From: Ramazzottius varieornatus | Lineage: Eukaryota > Animalia > Tardigrada | DNA length: 64,000 bases | Assembly: GCA_001949185.1 (NCBI GenBank) | Contig: BDGG01000001.1 | Location: 696,128 to 760,127 of the forward strand | Direction of reading: 5' to 3' | Shown: positions 51,627 through 63,314 of the stretch, in pieces | How positions within the stretch are numbered: position 1 is the first letter of the stretch | Layout: each line of letters opens with the position of its first letter | Translations under genes and position numbers: made by a program | Notes under the pieces: model-generated | The model's input: only the letters and a program-made list of their open reading frames with translations | What the model was told of the DNA's origin: nothing | The model's database searches: none

Positions 51627-52954
51627 TAGAGACCAGGATCTGACCGCGGGCGCTGCAGTGCGCTTCAACTGCGCTGCAGTGCGCTGCAACTGCGCTGCAA
51701 CTGCGCTGCGGCAGCGTAACTTTGGCCAGATTCTCGCAGTCTAGCGCGGCATGCAGCGTAAAGCAAATTTCTGCAGCTTTCGTCCATGACTTGAAACATG
51801 GCGAACATGGGGGTTCGAACCCCAGGTCTGGTTCTTCTAGGTGCGGAAGTATGACTTGTCCCCTTGGCCCCTGCCGAAGTTGAAATTTTTTTCTGAAGCT
51901 ATACCTCAATTTTCTTGATCAATTGGTACACTCATGCCAGCATGGAACTCCCGAGATTTTTTTGGGAGACATCTCGTTCCATTGCTGCAAAAGCCTGGGA
52001 GCAGAGGGACAATAATCTCCGTAACGCCACTTTTCAAATCCACTTTCAGGAAAATTTCTCTATCTCGCTAGAGAAGGTCCAATGTCTTGAGCAGGTCACA
52101 GTCTGTTAACAGGAGGATCCTACTATAAGAAGTCTGAATGAGGAATCCTATTCCTGCAGTTCTGCGGAAGTGTTTGTTCAGAGTACACCCCGGACCAGAT
52201 ATGCAACAGTATTGAATCCAGTCCGTGAATTAAATTCGTTTGTTCACCAGGATTCCAATGAATAATGGCTGTTCTAAAGAGAATTAGAATAACGTTATCG
52301 CAGGGCTCCACGAAAGAGGTGGCCATCAAAATGTAATCATGGTTCTCTTTGAGTGCCGCTCCCGGTTCGAACATCTCTGTCGTGGTTTGCCTCTGACAAA
52401 ACATACCATTTCTCGCTCAGAAATTTCCTATAGAGTGGTGGTGTTATCACGGTTAGCAATGCGGTTCGCTATCGGCTCGTTGTTTGCAATCCGGACAGGG
52501 AAAACAGACAAAATTTACATGATCGGTCAGCACACTGTCATCCACCTTCGATTTCAGTCTTCCGTAAGGGTAACTTTTGAATGAAAAATGCCCAGACCGA
52601 AACCGCTCAACCCGATCCTGCATGGTCAAAGTGTTAGGCGTCTCATATCAAACACGGATCAAATTTTGCCGGCGGTGTGAGTTGCGTCCGTGCCCCAATA
52701 TAATTCAGGCACCAAAATCCCCAAATTTTCAATTATGCATGACTCCGTCGAAATAATTCGAATCTGCTGACTTCACGGTAAAATCGGGACAGTTTACCTA
52801 TGTGCAGCGCAGTTACACCAGAGGGAAAACATCGGCAGCGCAGCTGCCTAGCCGTCCGGCTCAGATGTTCTGCAGCGCAGCACAGCACGCAGCAAGCCAG
52901 AAATTCTTGCAGCGCAGAGAAAGCGGCTTTTCCGACCTGCGGCCCAGGTCTCTA
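51627..52954. mobile_element. Non-autonomous hAT-like DNA transposon
   Basis: Termini TAGAGACC..GGTCTCTA; flanking 8-mers ggggactt / ggagacct (6/8 identical, degenerate TSD); subterminal CTGCGCTGC repeats on the left and GCAGCGCAG on the right. Confidence 0.7.
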
Positions 52955-53416
52955 GGAGACCTAAAACAAAATTTATGGTGAACAAGTTCGCCATTTGTTT
53001 GCTATCTGAGTTGAGCCATTGATCCATCGAGGATGTAGACGACGCATCCCTTACGGCGGTCAAGTGGTGTCTGATATTAGTAAACGTCAGCCATCATCAC
53101 GTAATCACCGAGAAGGTTGTATCTCCACACTGTACAAGGTCAACGACATAATTTGGGCATATCGATCTTTGCACCATAATTCGGACATCGCGGAAGGTTT
53201 GAAAATCGACGAAAGCGCTTGATTTATCTCTCATCGTACGTCTGTTGACACAACTGTAGGCTCTCAACATTGGACTGATCCAACTCTCTCCCGGGACAAT
53301 CCCCTGCGATCTAGAACGCGTTGCCGTTCTCATGCCTACTAAGACGTCCACCAGAGGGATCAATCTACTTCAGGAAACAAGAAGCGGTTGACTACAGGTA
53401 ACAAGAGCTGAGAAAA

Positions 53417-53572
53417 CACTGTAGTGCTACCAAATTATCGCGCACTCAACCACGTGAACAGTAAATGATGCCCGAGGAAAGTCACAGAGACGACACTGAG
53501 TCATCTGATCTTACAGGGCAACGATGACTCATCACGTGGCTGAGTGCGCGATAATTTGGTAGCACTACAGTA
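53417..53572. mobile_element. MITE with (T/C)A-CTGTA termini
   Basis: 40-bp TIR actgtagtgctaccaaattatcgcgcactcaaccacgtga / tcacgtggctgagtgcgcgataatttggtagcactacagt (1 mismatch). Confidence 0.85.
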
Positions 53573-53664
53573 TATGCCCGAATTACGAGCGAAAAACCGT
53601 TATTTCCGAATTATGTTTTTAACCTCGTATACATCTTTTAAGGTTCACGTACACTGAGCCCTAT

Positions 53665-55655
53665 ATTTATCTGTCTACCTCCCACCTTCATTCAATAATT
53701 CACAACTTCTTTCACACATCCGATTTTGATGCAGGGTGATCAGGCCAAGTGACTACCACCTCATGATACTTATGGCGCTCTCGACTGCGTGTGGGTTGGT
53801 CCTCAGAACCATTTTTCCTCAATTTAGTATCCCTGTTGCTGCCTTCTAAAAAAACCTGGCCAGAAAGAATCTCTGTACGAAGTTGAAATTCGTCCTGAGA
53901 CCAGAGAGGGTAGAACCTCGTACCTGCTCCAGAGCGAGATTTTCGCTGTTTTCCTCATCGGAAAAAAATTGATCTTTTGAGCCAAACGTGCTGATTGCAA
54001 ATTGTTCAACAGTAGTCTGGCTTCCGATAAATGTATAATGATCTTCTGTACCACTTGTTGGTTCACTGATACAACTGCTGTGGCGAAACTGAACAAAAAT
54101 ACAGGGTGCGCGTCTGTCAACAAGGTTTCTCGAAATGGCTTGGGGTTTCTTCCGGTAAGTGAAAGCATAAACGGGAAGCCAAATCATTTATCTCTCTGAA
54201 TCCGAAACACTTTTGAACATACTTAGGAAAACCTGAGTAAGAGAAGACTTTTCGCGAAAAGTGGGTTCGCACGAATCGGCAAATTTTCCAGATTTTGAGA
54301 GAATTTCAAAAAATTCTCATCCAGCTGACTGACAAGGCCTTGCAATTCGGACACCCAATAAAACTAGTCCAAGAAGAGAGCTACACGACAAGCGGTTGTA
54401 AGTGCAGACTGTTGGGTTAAAACACAAGTTTTAGTTTTTGCCACGTGGTGTGGTTTCACCTCAAAGTGGTATTTATTTTATTGGAATGATATTTATTCGT
54501 TTATCAGGTTAGTTTGACTCTCTTGCGATTTTTTTTATTTTCCGATAAGAACCGAGATAGTTACATCTACGTTAAAATCAAATTGGGAAGATATACTCGC
54601 GCATAGAGTTCTAGAGTGCCCGGGTTGTTCCTGCCGAAAAGTGTTCCTCACAGGATGTCGTTCCAATCAGCTTTTCCAACCTGGGTCTCAATTCTTGCAA
54701 ACGAGTTATGTCTCCGCGAAAGCAGCGTGAAAAGCAGCACAAATTATGTGTAGGAACGAAAGAGAATCAGACAATCTGAATTTTTTCTTCGCCAAAGTAC
54801 CAGGTGGTAGTCACTTGGCGTGACCACCCTGTATTTTAAGCGTCTTTGGGAAGATCGGACATTAGTCCCTACGATTACGTGATTTTTGTAAGACTAAATC
54901 AACAAATCAACTGGCTGTACTCAGCCGTACGAACCCCTAAAGCAGCGTTGTTTTCGGCTCCGTGCTGCGGAAGCCAAACAGCTTATAGCACAACGACCTT
55001 GTCACTGTAACGTAGAGCCAACACTAGGCTTTCCAACGAGTTCATGTGAAAATTTTTTCGGAGCTCTGCGGAAAGACCTGCACACTAGTATGTATTGCTG
55101 ATCAACATGCACACCAGTACGCATTGCTGATTATTTTCGGAAGTGGATATTCCAGACGCCTTGTCTTCGACATCCTTGCTGCCCAGTTACTGTACATTCG
55201 AACGGTGGCCGCTCCCATGACATCAACCGGGTATTCTGAGTCGTTCGGTCAGCTCGAACGAAAGATATCAGTGGTTTCGCAAGACGCAGCATGTTTCACG
55301 CGGCAAAGAGCCCATTTCGCCATGTCGAAAAAACTTTTTCTGCAGAGCCCCGAAAAATGTTCACATCAGCTCATTCGAAAGCCTCATGCTTGTTCTACGT
55401 TATATTGACACAGGCGTTGTGCTATTGATATCAGCTGGTTGGCTTCCGCAGCACGGAGCCGAAAACAATGCTGGTTTGGGGGTTCGTACGGCTGAACACA
55501 GAGAGTTGATTTGTTGATTTGGTCTCACAGAAGTCAGTCGATCGTGGGGACTAGTGTCCGATCTTCCAAAAAACGTTTGAAGTATCAAAATCGGATGAGT
55601 GTGCAGGAAGTTTTGAATTCTTAAAATGAAGGTGTGGGGTGGACAGATAGATGAG
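53665..55655. mobile_element. Long foldback element (~300-bp arms) interrupted by a Tc1/mariner-like insertion
   Basis: 53665-53731 plus 54832-55075 is the reverse complement of ~55335-55655 (e.g. ttgttttcggctccgtgctgcggaagccaa / ttggcttccgcagcacggagccgaaaacaa). Confidence 0.85.
53732..54831. mobile_element. Non-autonomous Tc1/mariner-like element
   Basis: TIR cagggtgatcaggccaagtgactaccacc / ggtggtagtcacttggcgtgaccaccctg; flanked by TG (mutated TA) and TA; no recognisable transposase inside. Confidence 0.8.
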
Positions 55656-56484
55656 TGTCGGCAACCCAATAGCAACACAATGGACGCTTAGTTGAAATGT
55701 TCAGGAATCGAATTTGCAGTTTTGGGACCCCAAGGGCGAATTTGAACTAATGATGCACTCAGGTGTAACAAACATCGAGGAACACGAATCTGTGATTGGT
55801 GTGACTATCTGACGACGTAAAGACGTGGTCATCGAGTGGGGCCTTACCTAATGAGGGTCGATAACGAAGCGCCCATATGGTATGGTTAATCATAGATAAT
55901 GGAGACGTAACGGCGTGTTCAGCCAACATTTACTGAGTTTTCATGAACTATTAAGCAATCCTCACTGACAATTGGAATGACGTGGACAGAAGGCAAATAT
56001 CACGCCATAGACGGAAGATAATATCAGCGCATGTCAATTAGACTTGTTCGTCGTCAAAGCGTTCGGGCTTTTTAGCCAGAGCCAGGAACTCGAGGCGAAT
56101 CCACTTTCCACGATCGGCTTTCTTACACAGACTGACCACAATAACAAGAAAGATAGCGAACGCTGCTATCTTGGATGACGGCGGAAATTTTGACAAAAAT
56201 GCCCTTTGTGTAGGGCGGGAAAAATATCGAGAATTTTTCCTAGACTTTGAACCACGGCGAGGTGCGGCAACTGCGGCACATGATGTCTCTGAATACTGCC
56301 ATCAACTTGATGTCATAAAGGACAATTTGGAAGCAAAATCCATTGTGTTGGTATTGGGCCGCCGACACCCAGATATAAGGCTCATTGTACGTGTACTGTG
56401 GGCGGCCATCGCCGCCATAAGTCGTTTTCCAGTATGACAGGTATTTCTGTCAGGTTCCCACGTTTGCTTGATATCGTGTCACAC

Positions 56485-56557
56485 TACGAGGTAAANNNNN
56501 NNNNNNNNNNNNNNNNNNNNNNNNNNNNNNNNNNNNNNNNNNNNNTTTTACCTCGTA
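56485..56557. mobile_element. Probable mariner-like element collapsed in an assembly gap
   Basis: Gap flanks are reverse complements: TA-cgaggtaaa NNN tttacctcg-TA. Confidence 0.55.
56496..56545. other. Assembly gap (50 N)
   Basis: Run of N. Confidence 1.
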
Positions 56558-57634
56558 CGTACGGTATGGCAGCTCGCAGAGTCAAGTTCGAAGGCACACA
56601 CTTCTCCATTTTTCACATTTGTTTGATATCGAGAAGGCAAAACTGAGAAGCCAGGTGTAAGAAAGACAGCCGTATGAGATCCGTGAGCAATCACGGTCCA
56701 GCCTTGAATATTTGTAGCAATAAACGCAACAATATGAATAAGATCAGGAATATGACGTCGAGATGCGAGGGGCAAAAATGTTTTCGATCGTCTCCGTCTT
56801 GTCTCAAATGTCCTGGAGCGATCGGCGGCACAATAGCTGAACGCGATGATATCGGTTTTCAGAATATACCAGGTCATGATTTTTTTCCGTCTGGATTTGA
56901 AACGCACTGCACTCGAACCCCACTTGGAAAACAAAAATCTTCGCTGAAGGCTGTTTTATTCCGAAACATTCACAGGTTGGGAAAAGAGCGATTTCACCGG
57001 CCGCGGGCCAATGTAATATGTTTGCTGGCAAAGACAGCTAGTAGTGTAACAGTACAATCTGCCAGACTGGCGATGACGAAATACTTTAGTTAGAGGACGC
57101 GTATGATGACGCACGCCGAACAATGTAACATCATGATTGAATTTGACGTGCAAAATCAAGCTCGATCAGCCGAACGGTACAGCAGCCCTTGCGTCATCAT
57201 ACAGGGCGTATTTCTGCGGTTTATCACATCCATAAGTCGTAAATGTCAGCAGTACTTGTCGTTGCCGGCAGATCATTTCGCATGGCCACCGCTGGGTTTG
57301 ACTAAAGCCATTATATCGTTTTCGAACTTTCGTGTTTTCGGCTTTTGCACAGGGCACCTTAGAAGTTTCAGGCCTTAAAATTGCATTGGATCGTCTTTTG
57401 CTACAGTCTGAAAGGCTGATTCCCAGTAGATTTGACTGAATACAAATTGTAATTGAGCTTTGGTCACAGTAAACTGAAGCTCAAATATTTGACCTGCGTC
57501 TAGAGTTATGTTGAGTTCAGTTTAGAACGAATGGCGTGACTTGCGCAATAGAAACTGCCGATAAACAGCGATGCCTTTGACTTGAGATCGATGAGTACAT
57601 TTTGAGAATCAGCGTCTGCACACCTTTTGAATAT

Positions 57635-57762
57635 ACCATTTGCTAAACCGCAAAATCTTGTTATGGCAGATATGTTATGGCAGTTATGTTATGGTATTCC
57701 ATGTTAAACTTTTGTACGTAACATGGTTTGCCATAACAAGATTCTGCATTTCCGCAAGGGGT
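57635..57762. repeat. Degenerate palindromic element with internal TGTTATGG repeats
   Basis: gcaaaatcttgttatggca / tgccataacaagattctgc; three tgttatgg units. Confidence 0.6.
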
Positions 57763-59747
57763 CTAATGTTCGAAATCTTCGCGCACTGACATGACGTTAC
57801 CGAAACGTTTAATGGTCTCCCTTTAGCTTAAAAGACGGGCTCAATCTGTTCAGCTAAAACGAGTAGACAGAGATTAATTTCGGTGACCAGTCTGTCCGGG
57901 CGCTCGTTTAGCAAAATTAAACGACCTCTTTTAGCTGAACGCCAGGTTTAAGTCGTCCTAATGGGGTATTCAGTGCGAATGTGTTCCTTTTTGCACAGAA
58001 ACAGCCGTGTTGTAGTGGGAAGCTCTAATGTGTCTTAAGCACGCTTGGATTGTGCAGTCACCATCAACAATCAATGCTAACATACGACATCATACTACGA
58101 GCCATGAGTACCCCACACGACTTTCCAATTTAAACACTGCGCAATTCGGAACTGCAAGTCATGATAACAAACGCAGCCGCAAGACGAAACATCTATTCAC
58201 GGAGCTTGGAAGTCGGTGTATCGAGACCTGATCCGCTTAACATTTTTTAATATTTTATTGATATTATTAATCATAATTCCCACCCCAAATATCATTCCCG
58301 GTCTTCCCAGGCAGACGTTCCCGGACCTGTTTTTCGGGTCGGATAATCCTGGTTCTGTAATTCTGGACTCATTTGGGTGGGAATATTCCCGGCATTCCCG
58401 GCCTTAGTCTAGGCGTGAATTTCTATCTGATATGTACAGCCCCTTCAAGTAAAGTTGTCACCACTGATTTTTCACACTTGACGGCCAATTCACGATGAGA
58501 GTTTCAAGCCTGAATTTTAGGCTACGGGTGAAAGCCCTGTCAATAAGCTTCTAGAATCAACCAAAAAACGAATCCTCTAAAAGTACCGTTGGTTGCCGGG
58601 AAGAAATTGTTTGGGTGAGAGTCGTCATCCGACCGAGGATCAGCTTTTTATCTTGGAATTCAAGTCTACTAAAATCCAGCGTGACTCATTTCACGCAAAC
58701 TTTACTCTAATACTAGATCAGAGGCGCTTTGGGTCTGCATCAGCGGTTTCTTTTCGTTATCTCAAATTAAATTTATCGAAGTAAAAGTCTGTTTTGGGAC
58801 CGCTGGAAAAACAACAGGAAAACAAGGGTCTCTACACGACTGCTCCCGTCGAGCCTTGAGCTTTTGTGATCGGTATTTCGACCACGGTAGTTGGATTTCG
58901 GATATCTGGTACCTTTTCGAAAGAGGTAAGTTGGGGCTATCAGGTGAAATTAGGAACAGCTCTCAGGAATCGTTATTGGGAAAGTATCAATTTTTGAAAA
59001 GGTGGTGACAAGTTTGCTGGAACGGGCTGTACTGTGTATCGCAGTGTCTGAGCATAATTAAGCCAGGTAATGCACTTCTGCGCCGCCATTTTTCACATCA
59101 TCATCAGTCTACTTCCATCTTGCGCTCCCATGGGATTTGATTGGCGAGATGAGAGCCGATCACGCAGTTCCGATTCGATCGTTAGGAGTACCACCACGGC
59201 GTAATATTCGATCTTTTCACCCGAATTTTAAGTCACTGCGCTGCCGGCTTCTAGGTCCGATCGGTCTCGGAAAACGCCGGTAGAGATCTGCATCTGGAAA
59301 GTCTTCTGAAGGGATAAAACTGTTTAGAGATTACTTTACTGGCAGGTTCGTCAGAAAACTGTTACAAGTTTCATTCTCAGGCAAAGAACATGAGCGGAGC
59401 GTATTCCAAAAACAAAGGTTGATCTCCGGATAGGTGTCGACTACGTTTACGGCTTCCCAGTCAGCTGATAGGTATCCGTTAAATGCATGCAGTAGAGCGG
59501 TCAGCACAAACAGCAAGAAACCCTGGAAGGGGAACCATCAGGGAGACAAGGGACATTGGCCGGGAAGTAGGGAAGAGACGGACGCATCAAGGACGACAGA
59601 TACGGGGAAAACACGCAGCGTGGAACTCATGCTCCTCTCTGTACCAAGAAGACACAGTTTTAACATTCCAGCTTGCTAAAGAAGTTACGCGGAAGACCTT
59701 TACACGAGTTAGATCAAAAGTAGGAGGAGAAAATAGAAACACATGTC

Positions 59748-61751
59748 TCACGCGGAGATTTGGGCAACGCTAGACTCCGCTGCCAGAGGACGAATGCGTT
59801 GGGCGGACTCGTAGTGCCGTGTCAGACGGCGACGAAGTTCACCGGGGAAGCGCTCGTAGCATTTCTTGCACACCGGAAGCATATCCATTTCCAGAAACTT
59901 GGACCTTCAAACAAAATTCGAACCATATCAAGCCACATTCGTGATGACTCCTAAGTAATTCTGTTGGAAACCGTTCAACTCACCGTTCATCAAGTGGCGT
60001 TTCGCAACACCAGCAAACAAAGTTTTCTGGCTTCCAGGTTTTGTTCAAGGCAGTCACGCAAACTGTGAACGGGCAAAATATTACCAAAGAACCAAATTAT
60101 CCAAAGAAGGCAAAAAAAAGAATTGCGTGGTAAGATTACTGTCTTCGATGACTTCGCCGCTGACAAAGTCGATGTTTCCGAAGAGCTGATGATAATGCAA
60201 TTCGCAGTACGCCAGGCCCTTTTTTTCAAAGTGTTTGGTCCCCAAGAATGGCTTCTCACACTTGGCGCAGACAAAATGCTGAAAGAACAAACCAGGTTAT
60301 TCAAACTTGCACTACTGTATCAGACAATTTCGGAGCACCGGACTAGGTAGGAAGGAAAGGTCTTGGCTTTGCTAGCAGCTTCAACTGTGCTAGCATACGT
60401 CACAAGCAATGTGCAGGCGTTTTAAGCTTGTGAGGTAGGCTGGGTGTATGCTGTCAAAGGTGTAGCCGCTAACAGAGTTGTAGGACCTTTTCCTCATACA
60501 AAACTTACTTCGACATGCCAGTGCTTTCCCAATGCCGTCACCACGCGGTCCTCCACAGGTCTTCGACAGGCTCCACAAATAGGGATGCCCATCTTGTCGT
60601 GACAACGAAGGCAGTAGAGTTCCTCGCGAATTTCGCGAGCATCAGAATCCAGCTCGCGCCTAAGACCATACGAAATGTCGTGGAAAAAGTGACAAACAGA
60701 CAGAGTTGAAGTGAGGTGGATCACACCATCTTGGTACTTACCCGCACTCTGGATTAGAGCAGTTGAAATGATATGGATGATACGGCTCGTTTTTGTACTT
60801 TAGCGGCTTGTCGTCGATGATTGCCCTGAAGCAGAAGAATGGAGTAATTCGCAGTTGGGTATTCGTCCATTATATTATAAGGAACGGTCGAAAATGCGCG
60901 CAGGAGAAAACGTACTTGCAACGATAGCAGATGTATTTTCCAGCAGCTTCGGCTTTAACTCGTTCGTTACATGGATGGCACAAGGCTCTGAAAAATGACT
61001 AAATCCGTATTAGTTTGAGAAAATTACCCAACCATCATATTCATGATATAATGGTACAAATTTTTGTCGTATTTACCTTCCTTGGTTGCGCATAAACCCG
61101 ATGTCCGACAGCACTCGTCCGCATAACTCGCACTGAAAATGGTCTGGATGCCAGCTGGTGTTCATAGCCTTGATCACTCGTCCCACGATGAACTCTTCTG
61201 TAAAACGTCCATCGTGAAAAACCATAGAGACAGGCCGAAATACAGCGGTCACTCCATAACAAAATCACTTACTGCACTTTGCACAACATGGCGCATACAA
61301 AACTTGAAAGTCATATTCGCAGTATTTTCTCCCTTCGAACTGCGAACACAAAACCGTGGGTCAAAGTTTCCTCATCTTTCAAAAATCATGCTGGAATTTT
61401 CTTACCTCGTAATAGGTTCCCTCAGGGAATGGTCGAAAGCATTGTGCGCACCTAAACAATCAAAACTTTGATTCATCGCCTTTGACTATTCCAGTGAGCT
61501 AGCAGTCAATTTGCCTAGGGTATTTGATATGCTATACCACACAATAGGTTCCCAGAAATCTCAGCGTTATTTAAATAATTCATAACGGAAAACGGATGGG
61601 GGTAAACTTACACCAAGCAATCGTCGTGGTAGGCTTCGCCTTGGCTGTTCAAAATGGGCTCATCGCGATCGAATCCTTCTCTGCAAACATGGCAGACCAT
61701 ACCGTTGGCTATACGGCTGGTATATTGATTCGTCGTGGATATCCTCGCCAT
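59748..61751 (-). CDS. LIMS1/unc-97: PINCH / LIMS five-LIM-domain integrin adhesion adaptor (10 coding exons)
   Basis: Spliced translation [148 protein letters not shown] matches PINCH motif by motif. Stop TGA 59748-59750. Extra upstream exons are not excluded. Confidence 0.93.
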
Positions 61752-63314
61752 TTTCGATGACCCGGGAAAGCAGACCCAAGCAAACTGACAAAACACTACC
61801 GGAAGAACGTTGCAAAATTCAAGAAAAACTAGAAAGTAAAGTATCTCGCTTTGATTCTAGACCAAGCACAATCTTGCATTTCATCGTGATGTGTTCATGT
61901 GCATGTACTAAATTCCTACATGTGCCATGCATTGGAAGCCATTACTGCAGCTATCAAAGTAGGCTCTGTCTCGCTCTATGTGTGAATGCTGCATTGCTCT
62001 TCTCCGAGTCTGAGCAGCATGTGTGATTCTGTAATGCAGGCGGAGCGTTCAAGCCAATCTTCATGGCTTGTTAAATGCATCGAGAGAAAAGTCTCAGCAG
62101 CTAACTTGACCATATCATCGCGATCGTTATGGCATACATACACGGGCACATACCTAGGCATCTTGAAGTTTAAATTTATGCATGCCAGAGCGATGGTGAT
62201 AAACTCGAACAAAGACCGGCTCCATACATGGCACACTTACCGTTCGATCTCCGAGTTCGACACCGACCCAGGATAAAACATGTCGACCACCATTTTTGCA
62301 CAGGTCAATTTGATATTCGACACTCGAAAGTCCGTTCAGCGCTGGGCGATCATAAGTCTTCAACAACAAGAAAAGGGTTCGACACTCACTACAAAACTGT
62401 TGTGATGTTCGAACTGTGCTGTTTAGTGCTACTGTCAAGATTTCGATGTACGCAAATTTTCCTACCGAGTAGAGCTGGTTCAATTGATTTTTGCTCCCGC
62501 CTGCCGCCAGCCATAACACAAGGCCGCATGTTCCGAGATACTTGACACTTTGTGCAACGTACTGTCTGCCGTTGATACCCACGGTACGGTGAAAGTGAAG
62601 TGAGGAATGAAATTACTCACTCGTACTTGCTGCCCATAAATGGACCCTTCATCTACGTCATCGCGAAGTACTGTACAAGTTACAAGCGTGAAGCAACCCG
62701 TCTCGCAAGCAACGGTACCATAAACGGTTTTTCAAGGCCCTGCCACGTTCCCAAATCGTGAGTCGCAACACATAGAGTCCCCTGGAAAAATGTCCCCTTT
62801 GGCTTCCACCGCCACCCCACATTACCGACGTTTGCCGCTTCCAGGGTATAATTCAGCCAGGAAACAATATGGGACCAGATGATCCCACATTGATCCACTT
62901 CTGGATACGCACTGAAAGCCAAAGGTGGATCGTAGCGCAAGGATGAGGTGGTTTAATGTGGGACAATCCCATATTGGCGCCGCGATGAAGTCTACGGCGG
63001 TCCGCCGATGAGACAACATCATAAGAGCTTCTGATTAAGGTACCGATATATAGCGATAACCTATCTGGTAGAGCTTCTGTTCCATACCCCGATCACTTTC
63101 GAACCTGTTTCTTGAACGCGTATTACTCATGTTCATATCCATAACGATATAACATAACGATGAACAACAAGGGAGGCTGGGTACTTCGAATTAATTCAAG
63201 ACAATTTAAGAATGCTAGAACCAGCTAAAATTTCAAATGGCTCAGAAAGAGCTCTACCAAGAACTGAGACGCTTAGAAAAACAGTCGACTGAAATTGCCG
63301 GTTCTTTACAGGAA

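Larger units (their letters stand above)
56123..57357 (-). pseudogene. Possible decayed intronless ORF of unknown identity
   Basis: ORFs 57166-57357, 56956-57159 and 56548-56934 are in one frame, which continues to 56123 once the gap element is removed; only scattered in-frame stops. Confidence 0.35.

Noticed and set aside
51809-51824. GGTTCGAACCC B-box / tRNA T-loop-like palindrome (similar motif near 8912)
   Set aside because: No cloverleaf, A-box or acceptor stem can be built around it.
53824-54199. ORFs inside the Tc1/mariner-like element as a transposase
   Set aside because: No HTH or DDE/D motif recognisable in any listed frame.
59991-60000. caagtggcg match to the palindrome-family core
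   Set aside because: Lies in a PINCH coding exon (ETPLD on the minus strand) with no partner core 27 bp away.
322-61751. Twitchin and PINCH as a muscle gene cluster
   Set aside because: They are ~24 kb apart, convergent and separated by unrelated genes; without synteny data this is explainable by chance.
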